From: Blepharisma stoltei ATCC 30299
Lineage: Eukaryota > Protista > Ciliophora
Assembly (NCBI GenBank): GCA_965603825.1
Contig: CBFDEM010000029.1
Coordinates: 369,080 to 433,079 of the forward strand
DNA length: 64,000 nt
Direction of reading: 5' to 3'
Part shown: positions 23,164-35,856 of the stretch, piece after piece
How the letters are laid out: the number at the start of each line of letters is the position of its first letter
How positions within the stretch are numbered: position 1 is the stretch's first letter
Notes under the pieces: model-generated
What the model was told of the DNA's origin: nothing
The model's input: the letters and a program-made list of their open reading frames with translations, nothing else
Databases searched by the model: none
Made by a program: the position numbers and the translations under genes

Positions 23164-24933
23164 ATGTCCAGAATCTTCGTGAAAAATCTTCCTAAAAACG
23201 CCACTGAGCAGCAGCTAAAACAGTTTTTTTCTGCCAAAGGAGAAGTGACTGATGTAAAACTCCTCAAAGAAGCTGACGGAACGTTCAGACGAGTTGCCTT
23301 CATTGGGTTCCGTGAAAAAGGCATCTCAGAAGCCCTTACAAAATATTTTGACAAAAATTACATAGGCACCTGCAAAATCCAAGTTGAAGAAGCCAAGCCA
23401 CAAAGCGACCCTTCCCTAAAAACTTGAAGCAAAAAACCAAAGCAAAAGCCAGCAAAAAATGAGCCACAGAAAGAAGAAGAAAAAATCATCGAGGAATCCA
23501 CAGAAAACTCTGATAATAAAAACCTAGAAATAGACCCTTCAAGGCTGTTTTTAAGAAATTTGTCATATGGGGTCAGCAAAGAAGATATTGAAGACCTTTT
23601 TTCTCAGTTTGGGGCTATTGAAGAAATCACTTTGCCGATTGATGCAGAAAACCATCGGCCCAAAGGTTTTGCGTATGTGAAATTTGCAGCGACTGAGTCT
23701 GCGGTTCAAGCTTTTGATAAATTAGACAGGAGTGTGTTTCAAGGGAGACTGCTCCATATAATCCAAGCTAAAAAGAAGCCTGAAGTCATTATGGAGTCTC
23801 GTGCACCAAGTTCTTATAAAAAAGTGCTGGCTGCTAAGCTTAAAGAAAAAGCCAAAAATTCTAATACGTGGAATACCCTGTTTTTAAACCCAGATTCGGT
23901 AGCTGCAGCTATGTCAAATAAATTGCATATGAGCAAAGGGGAGTTTATGGATACAGGAGCTGACGATTTAGCTGTAAAAATATCGATGGCGGAGACAAAG
24001 ATTTTGCAAGAAATTAAGGAGTGGATGGAAACCCAAGGGATTAATTATGAAGCTTTTAATGGAGATAGAAATTCGACTGCGAGGAGCCAAAATGTGATTA
24101 TTGTGAAAAATCTGCCTGGTGGCTCGTCACTTTCGGATATACAGGATATTTTTGCAAGGTATGGAGCGATAGGGAGATGCTGTATGCCGCCTTCAAAGAC
24201 TATAGCAATTGTGGAGTATTTAGACTCAGGAGCAGCAGAAAATGCTTTTCAACAAGCTTCTTATCTAAACTATAAATCTCTCCCCTTATATCTAGAATGG
24301 GCCCCATTAAACACTTTTGATAGTGAATACACAAAACCTATCGAAATTACCAAAGCAAGCACAAACACTTTATTCGTAAAAAACCTTTCCTTTGAAACTA
24401 CAAGACAAAAGCTAGAAGACCATATGAAGCAGTGTGGAACAATCAAAAGCATCCGAATTGTGACTAATAAAGGGTTACCTTGTGGCTATGGCTTCGTTGA
24501 ATACGCCACAGAAAAATCTGCAAGCAAAGCATTAAGGAATTTAAATAATTCTTTATTAGATGGCCATGCATTAAAATTATCTGAGGCAAAAACAACTATA
24601 CAAATACCCCAAAAACGACCTAGAGTTGAAGAAGAAACCAAAGAGAATGATAACAGGATCAAATTACTCGTCAAAAATCTGGCTTTTGAAGCCACAAAAG
24701 AAGAATTAAAAAATTTGTTCCAAAATTTCGGGGAGGTCAAAAATGTAAGAATTCCTAGCAAAGCTCAGGGCACACATCGAGGATTTGCATTTGTGGAATT
24801 TTTAACTCACGATGACGCAGAAAATGCGATGAATTCTCTACAAAACACACATCTATACGGAAGAAGGCTCGTACTAGAGTGGGCACAAACAGAAGAAACT
24901 ATGAGTTCAATCAGAAAAAAGCAGCAAGTTTAA
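23164..24933 (+). CDS. MRD1: Multiple-RRM ribosome biogenesis protein Mrd1/RBM19
   Basis: MSRIFVKNLP start, five RRMs, linker WNTLF..D.V, HLYGRRLVLEWA; TGA 23425 gives conserved W-SK. Confidence 0.9.
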
Positions 24934-25030
24934 TAACAAATAATTTTTATTTATAAATTTTCATTTCTGTTAAAAATGGTAAATTCAAAAAATATACACC
25001 AATAATTGCCATATTTTTGCAATAAAAGAA

Positions 25031-25951
25031 ATGTCGCAGTCATCTGATGTTAAATTACATGTCTTCAGCAAGCTCTTCGAAGGCCCAGATAACCAAGTCT
25101 GCTTTGATTGTAACATGCCTGGCCCTACAAGCTGTTCTTATAACCATGGCATCTTTCTCTGTTCGAAGTGTGCGGATTCTCATAGAGTGCTTTTGCCTGA
25201 GATTTCCAAAATTAAGCTGATAGTTGAAGAACCATGGAGCTATAAGGAGCTTAAATTATTGATTTCTGGTGGAAACTCTACACTTAGAGAATTTTTGACT
25301 TATTATGAAATTAGCCCAGACACTCCAATAAATGTGAAATATAGAACCAAAGCTATGGACTATTATCGGAAAATGCTTGATACTGTCTCAGATAGAAGAA
25401 CATATGAGATTCCTTTCCCAGCCAAAAATATAGGCTCAGAAGTAATCAAAGAAGAAGAATTCAAAGAGCAAAAAAGACTCCCAGACATCCAAGATCTAGA
25501 ATGCATGCCGAACCCTCAAGAGGAAAAGTTTTTAATGGGCACTGAGACAGCTTCAGCAGGGATTCTTTCGAGCATGTTTTCTAAGGTGGTAGAACTAGGA
25601 AGCAGTGCAAAAGAAAAGGTGGAAGAAATTGGACAGTCAAAAGCAGTGAAATCGGTAGAATCAGCTACACAGTCAGCCGTAGAATCTATAGGAGAAGGGG
25701 TCAGCATGCTTGTAGGAAAAGTTAAAGGGGCAGTCTATGGACAAAAAGGGATGTCGGAATCTGAAGCTTCAAAAGGCGGGTATTTAGATGTGGCGCTAAA
25801 TAACCGGCATAGTTATGAAAATATAGACTCAAATCCTCTAGTGAGATTGAGAAAAGGAGAAATTATGGATTTAATTGGACAGCATGAAGGTCAAAAAGAA
25901 GCCATTGGGTTCACACAAGGAACCTCTGGAACCTCAAGCTTAGTAAGTTAA
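25031..25951 (+). CDS. ArfGAP domain protein
   Basis: NQVCFDC...GIFLCSKCADSHR...W...GGN ArfGAP zinc finger. Confidence 0.88.
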   Translation: MSQSSDVKLHVFSKLFEGPDNQVCFDCNMPGPTSCSYNHGIFLCSKCADSHRVLLPEISKIKLIVEEPWSYKELKLLISGGNSTLREFLTYYEISPDTPINVKYRTKAMDYYRKMLDTVSDRRTYEIPFPAKNIGSEVIKEEEFKEQKRLPDIQDLECMPNPQEEKFLMGTETASAGILSSMFSKVVELGSSAKEKVEEIGQSKAVKSVESATQSAVESIGEGVSMLVGKVKGAVYGQKGMSESEASKGGYLDVALNNRHSYENIDSNPLVRLRKGEIMDLIGQHEGQKEAIGFTQGTSGTSSLVS

Positions 25952-26057
25952 TAATTTATATTAACCCATTATTTTTCAAATTCAAATGATTTATTATCTT
26001 AAAAGCCTATATCTCGAAATTCTTAATAATATGCAAAAATCCATAATTAAATCCAAT

Positions 26058-28232
26058 ATGAAAAAGCACAAACCAAACCAAAAACAGAACATCAGCATTT
26101 CAATTTTTGATACTTTAGAATCCCTTCAAATTTCTGGGCAACTTTTAACAACCAAGCTTGACCCTCATTTTTCTAAGCACCTATCCAAGCTCCTCTCTGA
26201 ATATCAGCAGCTTCTTTTAACTCTTTTGTCTGAAAAGAACCAGTTTGAACTTAAAGTATTTTTTATTTAGTGCCAACAACTAGCTGAAAGTTTATTAGAA
26301 GTCAAAGAAGCAGAAATTAAATTAAAAAATAAACTGAATAAAAAGCAAACTTTGTGAAATGCAAAGGAACAAGAAATGCTTGAAGAAGTAGAAATAATTA
26401 AAAAACATTTAGAAGAAGGAAAAGATATGTGGACTGAGCAACTAAAAAAAATAGAAGAAGCAATGAAAGAACAGGAAAGAGAAAAACAAAAATTAAGATC
26501 AAGCTACCAGAAGAGGCTAGCTGATATTGATCAAGAATTGGACGAAATTATGCATTTGCATAGACAAAAGCTGGATAAACCTATAAAACTTGGTGATATT
26601 TTGCCAAGTCTGTTTTCTCAAGAAGAACTGCAAGAGGAAAAGCTAGTTGCCCTTGGAGAAATTTCTGAAAGAAAAAATGAAGACATCAATATACCCAAAA
26701 TCACAGAAAACTCAGAAAAATTCGATATTGAGTCAAAATCAAGCTTGGATATTTCTATTGATAAACTAGATTTAAAAGGAACTCAGAAAATTGTATATGA
26801 AAAATTAATTGAGCTGAGAAGGAGAATTCATAAATTTAGGGACGAAGACAGCTGTTTGACTAGTGAAGAAGGCACTCTAGACTCCTTGCCTTCAGATTTA
26901 AAATCCATCAGCCCATCTCAGCTAGAAAACTCACGAAAAACCTCAGCAGCCTCAGAAATTGAATATGGAAAAACTGTCCCCGAAGCCAAAATTATTGCTG
27001 CAGTCTCCTCTAAGCTGCTTAAATTCGCAGGGGTCGTTTTTGGAGGAAAAGGCAGCAATAAATACAGAAAAGAGCTGACAAAGCAGCTAGGATCTGAAAA
27101 ACTGTCTATTGAAGAAAGAGAAGACATCGTTTTTAACTTAATTCATGAAGAAGGGACTATAAAAAAGCATGATGCTCAGATTAAAGAGCAGCAAAATGAA
27201 GAAGTTTCTATAAATAAGGACGAAAAAGCATGGGATAATATATCAGAAATTCCTTCAGAAAAAAACAAGGATTTAGGCTTGTCACAGGATTTAGAAAATT
27301 TATTTTCACACGAAAATATTCATGAAAGCTCTAGCTCAGAGGAGGAGGAGGAGGATGCAGAAGAAGACGATATAATTGATTTTAGTGAAATTAAAGTTAA
27401 AAATGTTAAAGAAGAAGAAGAAAAAATTGAAGAAATTCAGCAAGAAAAACCAGAAGTTCGTGAAGAATATTCTGAAAATTCAGTGAATATTTCAAAATCA
27501 ATTATAATTCCTCCACAGTCTGAAACTGTAATTGTCACTTCTATACAGTCACCAATCCTGAAACCCTCGATAATTGAAACAAATACACCTCTTTTTGCTT
27601 TAGAAGCAGAAGAAGTTATTTCTTCAAAGAAAAAGTTCCAGCAAAACCAAAGGGAGCCTGATCTCGTGAATTTAAGTATAGTAAACGAAAGCAACATATT
27701 CTTTATCCCGACTCTTTCTCTAAGCCAAGAAAGGTCTAGTTCTCGTGTGCGCCAATCATCTAGAGTCCAATTACAGCCTGAAGAAGAACTGCTGAGACGG
27801 CCTAAAATCAATACATCTCAAGACGAATCTTCTGCTGCTTCTCTGCCTAAAATTTCTGATGAAATTGTTCCAATAGTAATTTCAAGCCACCCTTCAAAAC
27901 AGAAAATTGATAGAAAACCTATATCTATGATGAGCAAACTTCCTATAATACCGAGACCACCTTTAGAGCCTCCTAAAAAAATACTAAATGTAAGAGGAAG
28001 GTCACATCAGCCTATAAATCCGACCCAAAATAGAGCTCCTGGATCTCCACCAGCTCGAAGAAAAGCTGACAGCGAAATCAGGTCTGCTTCGCCTACTCTT
28101 GCTAATAGATTCAGGATGAAGAGATTCAGGGACAAAGGAATGCCAGCCTTCAAATTAGGCAAAGGGTTTTCAAACCCTGCACAGCCTATTATTGCTCGAC
28201 ATGTGAATTTGAATAATATAAAAGTTATCTAA
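26058..28232 (+). CDS. Coiled-coil, largely low-complexity hypothetical protein (start uncertain: 25986/26031/26058)
   Basis: Intron 26256-26270 and one TGA join ORFs 25986 and 26376. Confidence 0.7.
26256..26270 (+). other. 15-nt spliceosomal intron
   Basis: GTATTTTTTATTTAG with in-frame TAG. Confidence 0.85.
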
Positions 28233-28296
28233 TTTTTGAATTATATAAACTTAACAATCCTGAATAAATAATCCTTGATACCTAATATTTATAAAA

Positions 28297-28842
28297 ATGT
28301 CGATTCCACTCTCCCAACCATCATCTAACCCAAGAAAGATTCCGAGTGTTATCTTCATTGTACTTTTTACATAGGAAAATGTCCCAGAGTTCTCCTCACA
28401 ATACGGAGTAGAAAGTATCTTAAATCAGCTGAATGAGCTCTATTCAAAATACAAATTCATGGAAGCTCAATTGCTGAGGTCCAAACAAGTGCTCACAGCA
28501 AAGCTGCCAGACATAACGAACGCATTGGAGACTGTGAACTATCTCGTATCTGCAGATAAAGACCTTGTTTTAGACTTTCAGCTTTCAGACGCCTTATGGA
28601 CAAAAGCGGAAGTTCCAAGGAGCAATACAGTAGCTTTATGGTTGGGAGCTAATGTGATGCTTGAGTACTCCCATGAAGAGGCCAAAGAACTTTTAGAGAA
28701 AAACCTGTCTGGAGCTCAAACTGCGCTGGATTCGACCAATGAAGACTTGAAATTCTTAAAAGAACAAATCACAGTCTGTGAAGTCAACGTTTCACGAGTT
28801 TACAATTATTCTGTTTATCTACGCCAGCACCAAGCTAAATAA
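28297..28842 (+). CDS. VBP1: Prefoldin subunit 3 (VBP1/PFDN3)
   Basis: NPRKIP..FI|EN, YSKYKFME, V.LWLGANVMLEY, EVN.SRVYN; one 15-nt intron. Confidence 0.92.
28360..28374 (+). other. 15-nt spliceosomal intron
   Basis: GTACTTTTTACATAG with in-frame TAG; removal restores conserved FIE. Confidence 0.9.
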
Positions 28843-28857
28843 ATAAGAATTATCCAA

Positions 28858-31044
28858 TTAATAAATTTTAGTTTGGTATTCATCATTTTCCAAAAAATAT
28901 TGTTCGAAAAGCTGGAGGGTTTGTAAATAGTTTTGCTCAAGCTTTTCCATCATATTTTCGTACTGATCCCTTAGCTTTTTTAGTAGCTCGCTATGATGAT
29001 CAGTCAGCTGCGAAATTTCTACTCTATTTGATGTCGAAATTTTTTCCTTGAAAAACTCTTCAAGCTTGACAATTGCGTCATCGTATTTCCCTTCAATTTG
29101 ATCTCCTAATAAATCTCGATAATCTTTTAATTTGCTGACAATAACGTCGGCAAGATCAGGACTATTGCTAGGATTTGCTAAATATTCTTCAATGATATGG
29201 TCAAAATTTATTTTTATTGAAGAAAATAGATCTTTGTTATAAGGAGACTGAGGAGAGTCAGGGGATTCTGGAATTGATTTGGCTGGGGATTTTTTGGTTT
29301 CGGAGGAAAGGTGGTAATAAAGATTTTGGATTTTGTCGTGGTACTCACTTTGCAAATTTGCTAGCTGCTGCTTATAGTTTTCAATGATTTTATTGGACTG
29401 GCTAGTCCATTCATCATGGATTTTAGGTTCTGGGATAAAATCTTGGTCCATTTGTAGGGTCAAAGATTCTAAAAAATTTGATTCCTGAGGGCTAGCTTGA
29501 TAAGTAGAGCTTGGGTTGGGGATTTCTACAGGTGTCCCACCTGCATCTAGAATTAATTTATTTAGATATCTTAGTGTCCCTTGCTCTGAGTTGATGGTTT
29601 CTGCTAAAGCTTGCTTATGCTCAGTTAGCTCATTTTCTAGTCTTGCTCTATATTTTCTTTCCTCTTGAAATCTATCAAGCAATTTTTGGTATTTTTCACT
29701 GAATTCTGACTTATGGCTATTTAGCTCTCTCAGCTGCATTTCTAAAGTTTTTTCCAATTTTTCAATTTTTTGCTTGTCTTTTCCATGCTCATTTATAGCA
29801 TCTTTATGGACTTCTCGGTGGCTTTCTACTTCTTTTCGGGCGTTTTCAAGCTCTCTTTCTAATTTATTATACGCTATTTGCAAGCTCAGTTTTTCTTCGT
29901 TAATTTGGCTTAATTCTTCTTTGAGGCGAATTATTTCTGCTTTGTATTCGTTTACTGTTGCAATTTCATTTAAAATTTCGTTTAAATGTGGAGCATTTTG
30001 GACAATTTTAGCTCTGCTTGCAAATCTCAGTGTAGAAATGGTCTGCTGGAAATTCATGGCAGCTGGAGACACAGTACACACAATCGCAGTCAACGAATTC
30101 CCGCCCAAGGCAAAGCTTAAAATCCTCGTTAGTTTGCTATCTCTATACGGAATGTGCTGAGTTTTTCCTTCAGCAAGCTTATTTATCACATGAGCAAGCG
30201 TAAACAGCGATTTATTTATATGTCCAGTCTCCCCTAGTTGGCTTTGATTCCTTATATCAAACTCATTAAGTCTTTCACTGCCTGCCAAATCTACCAAATT
30301 TAAACACCCAAACCTGATTCTGCCATCGCCTCTATCCCCTCTTGCTATACTTTCTATATACAGCTTAAAAATTGTGTGGGAGCGGCTGGAGTGCTCATGG
30401 ATGCTTGTTTCTCTATAAGACCTGTGCTCTTCTCCATAATTCATCAATAAAATCACCTGGTCAAAGGTCCATACTTGTTGGTGCTTCAAATTTTGAATTA
30501 AAACGCCTTGTTTAGGGTCGTCTTTTATTTTCAGATTATTTGACCCGGGAACTAGCAGATCATTGATATGCTCATTGTAAATTTCTAAATAGGAAACCCA
30601 AACTGAGTATTCTCTGTCAGCGTCCTTAGCGATGCTTTGAAAAATGTCTTTAATAGAGCAAGGAAGAATCCCAGGCAAGTCTGGAGTCCCAAGCATTGTA
30701 TAAGTTTTACCTGAAGTCGTTTGTCCATACATAAAAACAGTCCCATTAAAGCCATTTAGAACTCTCTGCACGATTGGTTTGGAAATTTGTTGATAAATCT
30801 GCTGAGAAGTGAACTCTGGGCCATATACGTGGTCATATGTAAAAGATTGTGGGCCTTGCCCTTCTGAATATCTTAGCTTTATTTCTTTATCTCTGAATGG
30901 CGATGAATCACTTTGATTTGCGCCTATTGTATAGATAGAATTACTATTAGAGTCAGTGCACCAAATTTCTTCATCTTCATACGGTTTCAATAGCGGCCTT
31001 ACCCTAATGCACACTTGAATAGCTTCTCTATTACCTCTATTCAT
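28858..31044 (-). CDS. Kinesin motor protein (kinesin-7/CENP-E-like)
   Basis: YGQTTSGKT, SSRSH, LVDLAGSE, HIPYRDSKLTRIL, then coiled coil. Confidence 0.93.
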   Translation of the reverse strand: MNRGNREAIQVCIRVRPLLKPYEDEEIWCTDSNSNSIYTIGANQSDSSPFRDKEIKLRYSEGQGPQSFTYDHVYGPEFTSQQIYQQISKPIVQRVLNGFNGTVFMYGQTTSGKTYTMLGTPDLPGILPCSIKDIFQSIAKDADREYSVWVSYLEIYNEHINDLLVPGSNNLKIKDDPKQGVLIQNLKHQQVWTFDQVILLMNYGEEHRSYRETSIHEHSSRSHTIFKLYIESIARGDRGDGRIRFGCLNLVDLAGSERLNEFDIRNQSQLGETGHINKSLFTLAHVINKLAEGKTQHIPYRDSKLTRILSFALGGNSLTAIVCTVSPAAMNFQQTISTLRFASRAKIVQNAPHLNEILNEIATVNEYKAEIIRLKEELSQINEEKLSLQIAYNKLERELENARKEVESHREVHKDAINEHGKDKQKIEKLEKTLEMQLRELNSHKSEFSEKYQKLLDRFQEERKYRARLENELTEHKQALAETINSEQGTLRYLNKLILDAGGTPVEIPNPSSTYQASPQESNFLESLTLQMDQDFIPEPKIHDEWTSQSNKIIENYKQQLANLQSEYHDKIQNLYYHLSSETKKSPAKSIPESPDSPQSPYNKDLFSSIKINFDHIIEEYLANPSNSPDLADVIVSKLKDYRDLLGDQIEGKYDDAIVKLEEFFKEKISTSNRVEISQLTDHHSELLKKLRDQYENMMEKLEQNYLQTLQLFEQYFLENDEYQTKIY

Positions 31045-31077
31045 TTAAATTTAAATATATAAGAAAATAATGCTTAT

Positions 31078-33666
31078 TTACGAAGACATGCCTCCATACG
31101 TTCTCTGTATTTCTTTTCTGGTTTTCTGTATTAATTTTTCTTCATTAACTGACTCTAATAATGCTAAAAATTTTTCTATTAAATCTTGACATTTCCTATC
31201 TTTGTTATTTTTTCTGCAGACTTTTTTGATTAAATTAAACAAGTTTTCTAAAAGGTGCTTGGACTCTTGGAGAATTTCACTGTAAAATAAAGGCTGGTTT
31301 GGGGATTCTGGAGGCTGGAACATCCAGCTTCTTAATTTTAGCTGAATTTCGCAGCCGTCTCCCATAGAGATTATTGGCCGAAGCTCTGGCCCAGGATCGC
31401 AGCTAATAAGTGGGTGTACAACAAGGCCATTATAGGTGACGTAAACTTTTTTGTAATTGGTCATTCCTATCCCTACAATATCTCAAGACCCAAAACGAGG
31501 ACCAAGCGAGACTTCTTCATCTCCCTTGAAAATTTTCCCATTCATGCCTTTATACGAAATTCCAGTCCCATCAATTCCTATAGTAATGTCTTCATATTTC
31601 CCAGCCCTGAGGATTTTTACTTCATAATAAATTACAGTCCCTACCCTATTTTTGTCTCAATTAGTGACCAATGGTTTTTCCGTAGTAATTTTTACTTTTT
31701 CGCGACCACTTTTATAGATCCCTTTATGGTCTTCTAAAGAAATTTCTCCATTTCTAGAAATCATGTATCTTTTTGTATTTTTTTCAGGCAGACGAAACTC
31801 AGAAATATCACACAAAATAACTTTGTGCTCTTCTTCACAGTTACAGCGAAAATGCGGGTTTAGATATAAAAGAAACCTTTTATTGTGACCTGCATGGGCT
31901 GCACAATAACAGACTGTGCATAGAGAAATATTACAGTCAATGCAGTAAATTAGTAGAGGGTTTTTCCCGACATAGCACATAAACTGCTGGGTGGAATGGC
32001 TTGTGCATTGTCCTGAAGCATGATGATATTGGAGGACTTTTGGTAATGATAAAATTTCAGCTAAAATAAGGACAGTATTTTTTAATATGTCTACTATAAA
32101 TTCGCTTTGGTTTTTTCCTTTAGCTATAATTTTCTCTAAAAGTTCTAGCACATCTCTGTGCCGTTCAAGTTTAAAATAAAACGGAACCTCCAGCATAGCT
32201 TGCAAAACTCTATACTCGTTTAAAAACTCGCTTTTCATAGCTTCTTTCATGATATCTAAAGAATTCGGGCCATAATAAGCTATAGTGGACTTTAAAAACC
32301 CAGCATCTATTTTATCGCCACCTAAAGCTCGCTTTGGGACATCAGCGTCTCATAAAATTTGCAAAAGAGTCAGCGTGTTATCATCAATAAATCTTATAGC
32401 AAAATCATATAAAATATTTGGAGTAATATTACGCTTTATAGCAATAGGAATGATCCCTAAAAATCCAATATCCACTAATTGCTCTTGAAATCCATGCGTA
32501 GCAGGCTTATACTGCATAATTAAAAACACTGAATCAATTAAATTTCTTGACCCTTTTCAATCAAATTTCATACAAAGTTGCAAAAAATCGCTTAATATAT
32601 GTGAACTTGACAAATGGTCATAAATTTCTGAGCTGTGGCTCGAGCCTAAAATTAAAACTTTTTTTAATGCTAAAAATTGAGCTTGAATGTTTTCAAAAAA
32701 CAGCCCAGACCTAAGGGCGAACAGCTCTCGGATAGAGCTGGAATCTACCATGCTCCAATCCTTTAGCCACAATCCTCTTCAGACCTTTACAAAAGGATGG
32801 TTAAAAGGTGCTTTAGAATTTGAGTCTTTAAAAGCATCAGCTAATATACAGTCTATCGCTGGGTCTTGGAAACGTATTTTTATAGCTTCCTGCCTTTCTT
32901 TATCAGAACAATCCCTAAGCGTTGGCAATTCTTCTAAAGTTCCAGAGCCACAAAGAGTGTATAAGCAAAGGCCGAGTCCTCAGAGATCAGACAATAAAGT
33001 ATCTCGATAATTCGGAGAAGGATAAATATGGTCCAGCCTAGAAACTCCACAATTAAGTGCATAATTTCCAGTCATAGAAACTTTCAAATTATACGAGTAT
33101 TTTTCTGTAGAAACCACTGAATTCGCTGAAACTGGCCCTCTACACAATAAAACACTGTCAGGAAAAATGCTGTTAAAAAATATTCCCTTCTGCTGAGCAG
33201 ATTCAATAACATCTAGGAGCCAAATATAAGCAAAAATACACACATCTTTAGAAATCTTGTCTATTTCTGAGCTGGATCGTAAAAGTCCTGACACTTGTTC
33301 TAGAGAGATCCCTTCTACAAGCTCGCTGACTAGTATGACTAGCCAATTATCATTATCATAGACTTCGAAAACATCTTTAATTTCTACAAGTTTAAGCTCG
33401 CCGCAGATAGGAGTTAATGGTTGGATTATTCGGTGAATTTCTTTGGCTTGATTGTATGAGTCACAAACGATAACTTTTAGATGATAATTTGTAAAATCTA
33501 AATTGTGAGCTATAAATGCATCTTTTGAATTAATGTATTTGTGAGTAATTGTGTACTCTTGATAATTGTAAGAGTTTGGGAGACGGACTGGGGCTTCAAG
33601 TGGCTGGATCAGAGAGTCGGAGCGGAATTTAAGAGCCCTTTCCCATAGAGCGTCATAAAAGTCCAT
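31078..33666 (-). CDS. 862-aa protein: degenerate kinase-like domain, helical region, UBR/B-box-like zinc finger, SPRY-like domain
   Basis: Four ORF-track fragments share a frame and are joined by TGA=Trp. SDL-W-GLG (kinase IX); C..C...LCTVC...H.GH...CNC; YYEVKI...IGI...GPRFGS.DIVGIG...VYVTYNG. Confidence 0.7.
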
Positions 33667-35856
33667 TATGATAAATTTTACTTATAAAACATACAAAAAT
33701 ATTAAAAAGCTCAAGTCTAAATGATATTTCTTTCTAAAACTGAGCATATTTATTTTTACAAACTAAGAGTTCAATTAAATTTCAAGCTTAATTTGAATAA
33801 AAGGCTTAAGAAAAAATCATCGTTTTATATAAATATAAAAAATTTAAAACCCATATTAGAGCCTTAATACAAATTTGTGCCTGCTTTGAGCTATATTCTA
33901 ATTATGAGCAGCATTCATAGCATTTAAATAGAAAAAATGATCTAGGTGGCTATTAACAATTTGAGCTTTTAATAAAACAGAACTTAGGATTGGATAAAAA
34001 TTCTCTCACTAAATACTTTAAATTACTAAGTATTGAATAATTTCTTTATAGCTATTTGGAATCAGCAAATAATAGTGTAATAATTTTTTTTGAAGTCGAA
34101 ATTGTAACGAATTTGGGAGTAAAATGGAAATATATTTAATCTATTATAGAAGATCGCTATAAGTCGACGAATGCTATCTTATTTTTAAATTGGATTTTAT
34201 ATAAACAATTGCCAAATAATTGATAAAAATTGTGTGATGGAGCAAGACTAGTAAATTCTTGTAAGGCTATTAAATTTATTTAATAAAAAGCTTTAATATT
34301 TTAAAAGTTTATTATAATAGGAAGTTCATTCAGTCCAATCAATTGAATTTATTTTTGATATATAATAAGTCAGTTTTAATAGCATAGTCAAGCTATTTTC
34401 TGAAAAAAAATTTAAATGGGTTTAATTATAATTATTGGTTTTCATCATAGAATGAATATACCTGCCAAGGACTAATTCTAATTGAGTTAGCTAAAGAATA
34501 TATTTATTTAATATTATATTACTAAGATAAGTTATTCGATCTATTGTGTCGCATACTTATTTCAAGAAGTATTGAGATCTTCTATGTTTTAAAATATCTT
34601 GGAGGCTCTTTCTAATAGAATTTAATTTTAAAAATCCTTAATATCCATTTTAAATATAGTAAACGGTGTCTATGCTTATATATAAGTTTACTTGTGTGCT
34701 CAAGGATTGTAATTTTTGAGAAAACTTAATACCTCAAGCTATTCCAGCATCCTGAATGTTTGCAATATTCATAAGTTGATTTTAATTCATCTCTAATTAA
34801 TTAAAATTAGGTGTTGTTGAAAGAATTATATAAAAAATCTTTAAATCATAAGCCTTTACTTAATCAGCTTAAAAAAATTCAGCAATTCCATAATCGATAT
34901 TGCAAAAAATCTAAAAATTTTCTTCAGTTAGCAACTTTTTATATCTTCAAACACTATAAAAATGGAGTATAAATTAATCATTCAAAATAGCTCTGGAGTA
35001 AAGTAAATTCTGATCAAATACTAAAATTAGCATGAAGCTTTTTTGGCATGCCAAGTTCTCATAAGGCTCAAAAATCCAAAATTCAAATTTGAAAAAAAAT
35101 AATGATGGACATAATTCTGATATATAAAATTAAGGTGTTAAGAGTCTTTGAATTAAGCAAAAATTCTTTAATTAGGAATTAAAAATAGTTTATATTGAAA
35201 ACTTAAATATAGATTCTGACCAGAAGTTTTACTTAATTCAGGAATGATTAAATTCAAAAAAAAATAAAATTAGCCAAATTGAATATTCAGTTTTTCTTAA
35301 CGGATTTTTAATTTCAAATAAGTAATCAATTTATTCAGCTTTATCGTCGATTAACTTTGCCTCTTAAATTTGTCAAGATTAGATTCATACATATCAGAAT
35401 TTTTGAGATTTTGCTTCCATTTTCTGTTTGACGTCATCATAAATCTCTGTCAATAAATGGCAAAATCATCAATGAAAATATGAAAATGATTAAATAAATG
35501 AAAAATTAATCAGAAAAAGTCCTAGCTTAGGTCTTAATTGATTTTTGGGCCTTATCAATTGCCTAAGCCAATAAATTTTTAATAGCCTGAAAGAAAACAA
35601 ATCTTTCTTCATATATTTATTTTTAACAGAAATCCTTCTAATAAGGTTCTTTATAAAATAAACTTTTATAGTACATTTGATTTAACGACAATATTGCTGA
35701 ATTAATTTTTACAGCAGAGAAAAAGTTTTTCATGTTTTAAAAACTAAATTTGAATGCAACAAAATACTGATCACATATTTAATTCAAAAAATTAATCAAA
35801 ATTTGCACCATTAAAATTTTAAAATCTCTTTACTTTCTGATAAAGATTGTTAATAA

